NCBI GenBank assembly: GCA_965214775.1
Contig: OZ243974.1
Coordinates: 2,358,632 to 2,390,631, forward strand
From: Nitrosopumilus sp.
Lineage (GTDB): Archaea; Thermoproteota; Nitrososphaeria; Nitrososphaerales; Nitrosopumilaceae
Reading direction: 5' to 3'
DNA: 32,000 nucleotides
The notes below the pieces were generated by a model. It was not told where the DNA came from, ran no database searches, and saw only the letters and a program-made list of their open reading frames with translations. Shown piece after piece: positions 8,664-15,307 of this stretch (position 1 is its first letter; each line of letters opens with the position of its first letter). The translations under genes and the position numbers were made by a program.

Positions 8664-8870
8664 CGAGTAGATGCCGTTTGCGCCACTCGTGCAGTACGAT
8701 TGGCAATGCAACAACTGCGGTAATTTTTTGCCGTAGTGGAAGAACATCTTGCTGAAAACCAGTCTTGATCTGCCTAACAGTCATCATATGCTGCGCCATT
8801 ACAGGGGGGAGTTGGGCACAATCTGGAATGAACACCCATGTTAATTAGACCCAGGCTGCCCCGTACAATC

Positions 8871-9269
8871 ATGCTCACGGTGGACGATCTGATTGCCATG
8901 AACAGGAGGATAATACAGGAGTGGCTTGCAGAGCACCCAGACGGGTTTGAGGGGGTCGGCGCGAACAGATCCCTACTTGGGGACATATTGCGTGAGACCT
9001 ACCGCAAGGAGTCGCCTGTACTAATGGCCGCGCATCTGGTGGCCCATATGGCGTGGTCGCAGCCGTTCTCAGGTGCCAACAAGAGGACTGCGGTTGCAAG
9101 TGCAGCTACTTTACTTAAGACGCATGGTTATGATCTGGTCATAAAAGACAAAGACATCGAGCACATCAGAAATCTCTTGCTTGATGTTATGGGACAGCGG
9201 TCTGCCCTGAATTCAAGCGTGTATGATCAAATAATTTTATATGTATCACTACACGCAAGATCATTATGA
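8871..9269 (+). CDS. Doc/Fic-fold protein with degenerate active-site motif
   Basis: SQPFSGANKRTAVASAATLLKTHGYDL aligns to the Doc motif HxFx(D/N)(A/G)NKR, but Q replaces the His and G replaces D/N. ATG at 8871 (MLTVDDLIAMN) is preferred. Confidence 0.65.
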   Translation: MLTVDDLIAMNRRIIQEWLAEHPDGFEGVGANRSLLGDILRETYRKESPVLMAAHLVAHMAWSQPFSGANKRTAVASAATLLKTHGYDLVIKDKDIEHIRNLLLDVMGQRSALNSSVYDQIILYVSLHARSL

Positions 9270-9481
9270 GCAAGCCGGATATGCTAAGGATTGCAGAAGA
9301 GTACATGAGGGACAACAAAGAACTGTTTGATGCACTGGGTGCAGAAAAACCCATCGACACTTCACGCCTTCCCAAAAACGACGTGGTGAATCACCTGCTC
9401 AAATCATTGCCCAAGACCGACATCGGCATGGCTGAGCAGATCGACATAATTGGTCGTATCGCGCATGATCACCTGAAGTAG
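9266..9481 (+). CDS. small partner protein of the Doc-like gene (putative antitoxin-like)
   Basis: 71-aa ORF whose ATG overlaps the Doc-like stop (ATGA). The N-terminal IAEEYMRDNKELFDALG resembles the two other small ORFs next to Doc-like genes in this window. Confidence 0.5.
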   Translation: MSKPDMLRIAEEYMRDNKELFDALGAEKPIDTSRLPKNDVVNHLLKSLPKTDIGMAEQIDIIGRIAHDHLK

Positions 9482-9577
9482 CAGGACATGCCGGCGTCAC
9501 GCTCTGATCCTGCCTAAAACTCACAAGGAATGCAAGCCGGGCTCCCAAGGTAGTAATGCCGTGCAAGGCATTGAAGT

Positions 9578-9601
9578 TGTTCCTAAAATCGAGTTTAGAA
9601 A
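9578..9601. repeat. palindromic motif P, copy 2 (2 mismatches)
   Basis: gttcctaaaatcgagtttagaaac. Its left flank is identical to that of copy 1 for about 210 bp, but the right flank differs. Confidence 0.7.
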
Positions 9602-9661
9602 CATGTTATTTGGACGCTTTCATGCTATGAATAAAATACAGGAAACGACTACGCCAACGTA

Positions 9662-10694
9662 TTGCGTTTTGGGCCGAGTCTGCGGGAGCTGTACTTTTAC
9701 CTTCGAAAGTCCGTGTGTGTCACACACGGACTTGCGTCCTCGGCTAGATACTGCTATGCGACCTGGTTGCACCACCTGGTCTGCGCCGACAGGCAGGGGC
9801 TGAATAACTTCCCGGAGGCCGTGGCCGAGGTTGGGCCCGGCAGCTCGCTGGGCGTTGGACTTGCCGCGCTAATCTCTGGTTCGCATAAGTATTATAGCAA
9901 CGGGCAGAAGTCTTTGAGTCAAAGTAGGTCATAACTACGCGTAAAAAACCTCAATTATTTCTGCTCGTTGCTATATGCCCTTGACGACGTACGGCATGCG
10001 ACACGAGGCACCAATTTGAAGGTATTTGACGAGCTGGTACGACTGTTCAGGCAAAGGGCATCGATTCCGGACGGTGACGAGTTTCCGCGGTTGTCGGGGT
10101 GGCTTGACACACACGATTTTCCGGATCACATACTGGACAGAGATCGTATGCGTGATTCCCTGGAGCCGGAGCGCCTCAAGAGGATCAGGGATCTGGTGGC
10201 AGGCACGCCCGCCGGAGACGTGGGGGGGGAGACAGTTTGAGATCAGGTACGAAGTGCCGTGGTTCCGCTCCTGCATGTCAAGGGGCGCCGTAGACATGAT
10301 CTTCTCTCAAGAGGTCATGGAGCATGTGGACCGTCTGTCTGATGCATACAAGATGATGGCAAGCCTGCTCAAGCCGGGAGGGTATGCATCCCACCGGATA
10401 AATTTTGACTCCCATGATCCTGCCTCCAAAAACTGGAATGATCACTGGACGATAGGATATGTGGCATGGAGGATGCGCTGGGTCAGGCTGATCTGGATGA
10501 TAAACAGGGTGCCACTGTCCGGCCACGTGGATCTGATGAGGAGGCACGGATTCAGGATCGTATCCCTGACCCGGCACAAGGATTCAAAGGGGTCGGTCCG
10601 GCAAAGCTTACTGCGTGGCAGGTTCCGCGGCATGTCCGAAGACGACCTGACGACTCGGAGGGCAAACATACTGGCAAGATTGGAAATCCTGTGA
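9662..10694 (+). pseudogene. class I SAM-dependent methyltransferase, disrupted
   Basis: VAEVGPGSSLGVGLAALISG (motif I) lies before an 81-bp MITE-E plus TA insertion at 9895-9975 that carries stop codons. A second break sits at the G8 run 10222-10229. Downstream, VDMIFSQEVMEHV...LLKPGGY (motifs II/III) is in another frame. The true start may lie upstream (ATG 9627 is in a third frame). Confidence 0.75.
9895..9973. mobile_element. MITE family E (79 bp, derived from the IS630-like element)
   Basis: The ends tagcaacgggcagaagtctttgag... and ...cctcaattatttctgctcgttgcta match both ends of the IS at 22137-23237. TA is duplicated at 9893-9894 and 9974-9975. Confidence 0.85.
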
Positions 10695-10747
10695 GTTCGT
10701 GGATCAAGACTGTCCGACTTGATGATGCGCCACGTTTGAAAACATAT

Positions 10748-10771
10748 GTTTCTAAATTCGAGTTTAGAAAT
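10748..10771. repeat. palindromic motif P, copy 3
   Basis: gtttctaaattcgagtttagaaat. It shares the left flank tgaaaacatat with copy 4 and the right flank atggattttt with copies 1 and 4. Confidence 0.75.
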
Positions 10772-10812
10772 ATGGATTTTTAACAGCGGGCCCGGCAACC
10801 TATGCTTTGGAC

Positions 10813-10930
10813 GTAATAGGATAGCCCCTGCCTAAAGCTGGAGTACGTCCCTTGCCGGCCAGGCATGAAAATCACAACTGCAGGCAGATTCGTGCCTGAT
10901 TGCTGCCTAGGCAGGGGCTATCCTGTTACC
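10813..10930. mobile_element. MITE family A2 (118-bp long variant)
   Basis: Terminal inverted repeats are gtaataggatagcccctgcct / aggcaggggctatcctgttacc. The core caggcatgaaaatcacaactgcaggcagattcgtgcctgattg is shared with family A. A 7-bp duplication tttggac lies at 10806-10812 and 10931-10937. Confidence 0.8.
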
Positions 10931-11003
10931 TTTGGACATTGTCCTAGCTTGCCCGCAAATTATTGGTGGGGAAAACACCGCGAGACTGCTGCTGACACCT
11001 GCA

Positions 11004-11267
11004 TCATGTATCATACCGATCGTAAACTCTTGATCTTTTCTTTACTTTGAGCATGTAAAGGATCAACTTGTCATTGATCACATCCACTATTATCCTGTAT
11101 TTTCCTACCCTGTATTTGAAGAAATGAGAACTTTCAAGACGTTCGAGATATGAAAACGGATCTACTTCCACATCCCCTGTCTTCAGTAGAACCCTTTTGA
11201 TGTCGTCTTTTGGAAGCTTGTCTAGTTCTTTTCGTGCCTTGTTTGACCAGATGGCAGTCCAGGTCAT
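11004..11267 (-). CDS. relE: RelE/ParE-family toxin
   Basis: W..KARKELDKLPKDDIKRV....DPF..LE.L....FFKYRVGKYRIIVDV..DKLILYMLKVKKRSRVY is the typical RelE/StbE pattern. It overlaps the upstream antitoxin gene by 4 nt. Confidence 0.8.
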   Translation of the reverse strand: MTWTAIWSNKARKELDKLPKDDIKRVLLKTGDVEVDPFSYLERLESSHFFKYRVGKYRIIVDVINDKLILYMLKVKKRSRVYDRYDT

Positions 11268-11503
11268 AGACCGTACTTCTTCTTGAGATCTGCATTGGTG
11301 ATAAACCTGCCAGCTTTGATCTCTTTTATGGATTGTTCAATATCCTGAATGTCTTTCTCTGTAAGCAAATCAGAATCATCCTCGTACACGTATTTCAAAA
11401 TACGATTAAACATGGCCTCATATGACTCGGAGGGGTGATTTTTGAAAGAATCCCACCGCTTCTTTGATGTTTTAGAAACTTGAATTGAGGTCATTGTATC
11501 CAT
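11264..11503 (-). CDS. antitoxin partner of RelE (family not assigned)
   Basis: 79-aa acidic ORF directly upstream of, and overlapping, the RelE-like gene. Confidence 0.6.
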   Translation of the reverse strand: MDTMTSIQVSKTSKKRWDSFKNHPSESYEAMFNRILKYVYEDDSDLLTEKDIQDIEQSIKEIKAGRFITNADLKKKYGL

Positions 11504-11670
11504 GGTTGCCTATAGACGACTATAATATTTAATGCTTGTTTTGACGTCCAGCCAAGTGAAACGTGCCAAAAAATCGAGCAAAAGCAGGATATCCAACACT
11601 TTTCGGAATAGGCGAACCGTTTGAGTCCTCACATCTGCTGTAGGGGGACGTACCGCGTATGAAAACATAT

Positions 11671-11694
11671 GTTTCTAAATTCGAGTTTAGAAAC
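11671..11694. repeat. palindromic motif P, copy 4
   Basis: gtttctaaattcgagtttagaaac starts the second zinc-ribbon cassette copy. Confidence 0.8.
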
Positions 11695-11815
11695 ATGGAT
11701 TTTTGACAGTGTGCTACCCAATATGCGCCTGCAACGGAAGAATAGGAGGATTCAAGACAGAGACATGGGATTCACTCTCACTGGCATCACGACTGAATAC
11801 GTGGCAGGAGGCTGG

Positions 11816-11906
11816 GTACGAGTTTACCCCTTGGGCGTCACTGCTGTCTGGAGTCTTCATGTTCACGCCTGCCACGCCGTATCTCAGGTGAGTGGTAAAT
11901 TCCTAC
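11816..11906. mobile_element. MITE family B inserted into cassette copy 2
   Basis: gtacgagtttacccc...gtggtaaattcctac is flanked by a 9-bp duplication ggaggctgg (11807-11815 and 11907-11915). The uninterrupted site ..caggaggctggcgcg.. is present in copy 1 near 8351-8365. Confidence 0.9.
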
Positions 11907-11980
11907 GGAGGCTGGCGCGTTGTAAGTTTTGTGGACTCGAAACGAAAGATTGTTATGAGTCATTTGTATAGCGCGTAACC

Positions 11981-12214
11981 ATGAAAAAAGAGCAGATGTT
12001 ACCATCTCCGACATTGATTCCACACGCAAACGGCAGGAAAAAAATCAAAAGATGCCCGGATTGCGGCAGTGACGATCTTACGAGGATAGCCTACGGGTAT
12101 ATGGAAATAACCGACAAGATTGAAAGGGCCATCGCACGCAAAAAAATAACGCTTGGTGGTTGTTGCGTCGAACCGTACGATTGGCAATGCAACAACTGCG
12201 GTAATCGGTGGTGA
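11981..12214 (+). CDS. small zinc-ribbon protein, second copy
   Basis: 77 aa. There is one substitution (T to A) relative to 8427-8663, and the last residues differ because the sequence diverges right after ctgcggtaat. Confidence 0.6.
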   Translation: MKKEQMLPSPTLIPHANGRKKIKRCPDCGSDDLTRIAYGYMEITDKIERAIARKKITLGGCCVEPYDWQCNNCGNRW

Positions 12215-12420
12215 GGGCCCACTCCAACGGTGTGGTATATGAGACCAAACTCGGCATTGACATCACATGCATCCTGGCAAAAAGATGGAAAGGCGCAGTT
12301 CCAGTAGGCCATGTGAGGGACTTTGCAGGTGCAATTGACTCCAAAAAGGCAAAAAGGGTATGTTTGACATCACATCGGAATTTACAAATGCAAAAACTAC
12401 AGCTATGTTCAAACGTTAGA
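12208..12420 (+). pseudogene. C-terminal fragment of an Mrr-like restriction endonuclease
   Basis: GIDITCILAKRWKGAVPVGHVRDFAGAIDSKK resembles the Mrr_cat core (QxK..V....V..F.GA). The continuation KGMFDITSEFTNAKTTA is in another frame after an A-rich stretch. No N-terminal half is present. Confidence 0.45.
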
Positions 12421-12704
12421 CGGGTTTACAATCCCTCCTCATATTTCCGAAATATCACAAGAGACTTTACAATAATACCCTGTGCATGCAGTTGAAAATG
12501 GAATATTTTTTTGGCGAAATAGGCACGATGTGTCAAAATCATATCCCATTTTTTGATGTTGGTACTATGGCCGCCCAGACTAGAGTCATTCATGCCTTCC
12601 TGATAGGGCATCCTACCTTCAAAAAAACCCCCCCTTTTGGGGCCAAACACGGCTTGATCCTAGTCCATATTTGTGCCTGTTTTCACCGATCCGATCTGGA
12701 AACA

Positions 12705-12890
12705 GGGGGGTTTAGCTCTCAGGCACAAAAATAAAACACCGCCAACACTTTGCCCAGCTACCGGGGTGTTTTGACGGTTGCCTGCCGTATCTACGAGCAG
12801 GTGCTAAACCCCCCCTGAAATCGGCGTTTTTTGAGAAAACGGCTCTGTGCCTGGGACGCGTGTCCGGGGAGGGGGGTTTAGCTCTCAGGC
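12705..12890. repeat. G-run inverted/direct repeat cluster (possible small MITE or IS end)
   Basis: ggggggtttagctctcaggc occurs at 12705-12724 and 12871-12890. Its inverted partner gctaaacccccc lies at 12803-12814. Confidence 0.35.
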
Positions 12891-13045
12891 GTGGGATAAG
12901 GATCCGCATTTTTGCGGGTATTTTGCATCCTGCAAAGATCGGCACGCTATCCTGGTAACAGTATGAGGTCACCTATTCCCCCACATTAGGTCAAATATTG
13001 ATGACGATGCCGATCCTTATACCATGATCGCGTATACTAGACATT

Positions 13046-13597
13046 ATGAAAGGTCAACCCTCCACATACTGTGAGATCGAGGCATCTATAGCATCGTCGA
13101 CGGAGAAGATACAGAGTCTGGAAAAGGGAATCAAGGAACGTGACAACATCATCAAGGAACGTGACAACATCATCAAGGAACGTGACACGACCATTGAGAA
13201 ACTAAACAATATAATCAAGGATCAGGGCAGCAGGCTCCGATACTATGAGAACGAGAACTCGCCCCCGTCGGCAGACTCGCTTGCGTGGAAGGAGCAAAAG
13301 GCACAGAGGAAAAAGGAGAGGGCCCAATACGATGCTGTAGCCGGGAATGGCGGCACCAGGAATAACAGGAAAAAGCCCGGCGGCCAAAAGGGCCACAAGG
13401 GCGTATCGCGCGTCCACCGGCCCACCCGGGTACAAAGGCACTACTTTCCGGGCGGACAGGCGCCAGAGTGCTGGTGCGGCACCCCCACGAAGATCATGAA
13501 CAGGTCGCAGACACGCGACATGATTGGATTTGAGATCAAGGCGGTTGAGACGCGCCACGAGATACAGAGGTATGCGGTCACGCCCCCTGCTGGCTAG
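13046..13597 (+). pseudogene. IS66-family transposase, N-terminal fragment
   Basis: It has a coiled-coil N-terminus, then YENENSPPSADS and KKPGGQKGHKG, then a Cys pair, as in the IS66 TnpC N-terminal region. The DDE domain is absent, and the ORF runs into a MITE-A copy. Confidence 0.65.
13130..13192 (+). repeat. 21-bp tandem repeat x3 (third unit diverged)
   Basis: atcaaggaacgtgacaacatc x2, then atcaaggaacgtgacacgacc. It encodes IKERDNI heptads. Confidence 0.9.
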
Positions 13598-13655
13598 GCA
13601 TGAAAATCATAGACATGCATGCCAACTCGTGCCTGATTGGCAGGGGTGGGTGACC
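13576..13655. mobile_element. MITE family A
   Basis: ggtcacgccccctgctggctaggcatgaaaatcat...cgtgcctgattggcaggggtgggtgacc. It truncates the IS66-like ORF and lies 24 nt upstream of the ParA-like start. Confidence 0.7.
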
Positions 13656-13679
13656 TCATGCCAAGCTACTTTGATCACA

Positions 13680-14573
13680 ATGTTAAAATTTCATATTGGC
13701 GCAACATTGGCAATTGACAAGAATCATCAGCAGATCAATCTCAAAGGCGGAGTGGGAAAAACCCAGACTGTAGTGGCCATTGCCGAATTTCTTGCCATGC
13801 AGCACAAGAAGAAAGTACTTGTAATTGATCTAGATCCGCAAACCAATGCTACCATGGCCTTGATCACGCAAGATGTTTGGAAGGACAAGAACGAGAAAGG
13901 CGAGACTATTTTTCAAATGTTCAAGGACAGGCTAGACAACACGTCAAAATTCAATATTAAAAACTCGATAATGCAAAAAGTATCCAATGTGAATGACGGC
14001 ATACCGAACTTGGATCTCTTGCCATCAAGTCTGGATCTGGTAGGAATACAGGATGAATTATCACAAATTACTACGGGTCGCTTTCATCTGTTCAGCCCAG
14101 TTATGATTCTTAAAAGATCCATCTCGCCGGTGTTGCAGGATTACGATTATGTACTCATTGACTGTCCACCAAACCTTGGAATAATAACGCTAAACGGCCT
14201 GTACATATCAGATTTTTATGTCATTCCCACCATTCCAGACATCCTTCCAACGTTTGGCATCCCACAAATAATTAGTAGGATATCGGATTTTTCAAGAGAG
14301 GGCGATTTGACAATCAATCCCTCAGGAATAATAATCTCAATGTATAGAAAGCAAAGTACCACACACAAAACCATGATGGAGTCCCTGAAAAACAGAGCAC
14401 AAAGCGGCGAATACCCCCCGGTTTATGATACGGTGATTCCTTTGACCGTAAGAACCGCAGATGCGGCGGATGTCAGTTCCGTATCGGCTACACTAAAACA
14501 AAAGTACGGCTATGTGACAATGTTTGACGTATATGACAAGCTTACAAACGAGTTTCTGGAGAGGATCCGATGA
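13680..14573 (+). CDS. ParA/Soj-family (deviant Walker A) ATPase
   Basis: NLKGGVGKTQT (KGGxxKT), VLVIDLDPQTNAT and YDYVLIDCPPNLG. ATG at 13680 is chosen because the track start at 13524 lies inside the MITE and IS66 remnant. Confidence 0.8.
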   Translation: MLKFHIGATLAIDKNHQQINLKGGVGKTQTVVAIAEFLAMQHKKKVLVIDLDPQTNATMALITQDVWKDKNEKGETIFQMFKDRLDNTSKFNIKNSIMQKVSNVNDGIPNLDLLPSSLDLVGIQDELSQITTGRFHLFSPVMILKRSISPVLQDYDYVLIDCPPNLGIITLNGLYISDFYVIPTIPDILPTFGIPQIISRISDFSREGDLTINPSGIIISMYRKQSTTHKTMMESLKNRAQSGEYPPVYDTVIPLTVRTADAADVSSVSATLKQKYGYVTMFDVYDKLTNEFLERIR

Positions 14574-14905
14574 GCCGGAATGACGAGCTGACGATTCCAG
14601 ACATCCTGCGTCTGCTGGCAGACCAGATAGAAAAAAATCCCAAACTGCTGGATCCAAAACGGAAATCGGTCAGAAAAAGGCCCGACATTGACCTGTTTGG
14701 CCTGGTATCCAAAGGAGGGGAGGATCTTTTGCGAGAAGAGCTGGAAAAACTGGACATTGACACGCTAAGGCAAATTGTGCGTACAAGGGGTTTTGATACG
14801 TCCAGACTTGCAGGAAAATGGAAAAACAAGCAAAGACTGATCGATCTAATAGTCAAAAAGACGATGTATCTGAGCACCAAGGGGGATGTGTTTCTGTATG
14901 GATGA
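14570..14905 (+). CDS. small charged protein with C-terminal HeH/SAP (Rho_N-like) motif, ParA partner
   Basis: The ATG overlaps the ParA stop (ATGA at 14570-14573). LEKLDIDTLRQIVRTRGFDTSRLAGKWKNKQRLIDLIVKK resembles the helix-extended loop-helix DNA-binding motif. The last about 10 codons may derive from the adjacent IS remnant. Confidence 0.55.
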   Translation: MSRNDELTIPDILRLLADQIEKNPKLLDPKRKSVRKRPDIDLFGLVSKGGEDLLREELEKLDIDTLRQIVRTRGFDTSRLAGKWKNKQRLIDLIVKKTMYLSTKGDVFLYG

Positions 14906-15052
14906 GCACCAGAGTGACAGTCCGTGATTCTGAAGCTCAGGCGTGGTGGTGATTATGATGATTTTGATTCGTACATCCAGCCAAGCACAAAGTATCCAAG
15001 ATTTGACGTCATGGAGTGGAGGGGGCTTGGGCTCCCTGTGGTAAACCGTCAT
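14906..15052 (-). pseudogene. IS630/Tc1-like transposase fragment
   Basis: The minus-strand translation ..WLDVRIKIIIITTTPELQNHGLSLW resembles the IS630 segment containing (Y)(S/T)PELNPxExxW. It is related to the plus-strand fragment at 24820-25026. Confidence 0.5.
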
Positions 15053-15102
15053 GCCCTCCTCCTGAGAGGTTGTCCGGAATCAGAGACCGAACGCCAGTAT
15101 GT

Positions 15103-15263
15103 GGTCACGTCCCTTGCTAGCTAGGCACGAAGATCACAATCATTCATGCTAATTCATGCCTAACTGATGATGGTATAGCAACGAGCAGAAATAATTGAGG
15201 TTTTTTACGTGTAGTTATGACCTGCTTTGACTCAAAGACTTCTGCCCGTTGCTATAGGTGACC
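15103..15263. mobile_element. MITE family A copy split by a nested MITE-E
   Basis: ggtcacgtcccttgctagctaggcacgaagatcacaatc...ctgatgatggta [MITE-E] ggtgacc. The two halves rejoin to a normal family-A element. Confidence 0.8.
15176..15254. mobile_element. MITE family E, second copy (opposite orientation to 9895-9973)
   Basis: It is the reverse complement of the 9895-9973 copy with few differences. TA is duplicated at 15174-15175 and 15255-15256. Confidence 0.85.
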
Positions 15264-15307
15264 TCGTACGAACGTCCCGTCCGCAGCCGTTCAGCTGCCG
15301 CCACTCA

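Noticed and set aside
10026-10240. First third of track ORF 10026-10694 as genuine coding sequence.
   Set aside because: The methyltransferase-like sequence in this stretch is in the frame of ORF 9968-10240. The 10026 frame becomes meaningful only after the G8 run at 10222-10229.
8217-11694. The palindrome-separated modules might be a classical integron cassette array.
   Set aside because: No IntI-type tyrosine recombinase or attI is in the window. The palindrome lacks the RYYYAAC/GTTRRRY core of attC sites, and the modules are in mixed orientation. The idea is kept only as a loose analogy in the findings.
12426-12972. ORFs 12426-12650, 12486-12734 and 12712-12972.
   Set aside because: They are mutually overlapping, span the G-run repeat cluster, and have low-complexity translations with no recognisable domain.
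13524-13679. Track start of the ParA-like ORF at 13524.
   Set aside because: The extension is read through the IS66 remnant and the MITE-A hairpin and is Arg-rich nonsense. ATG 13680 precedes the Walker A region at a normal distance.
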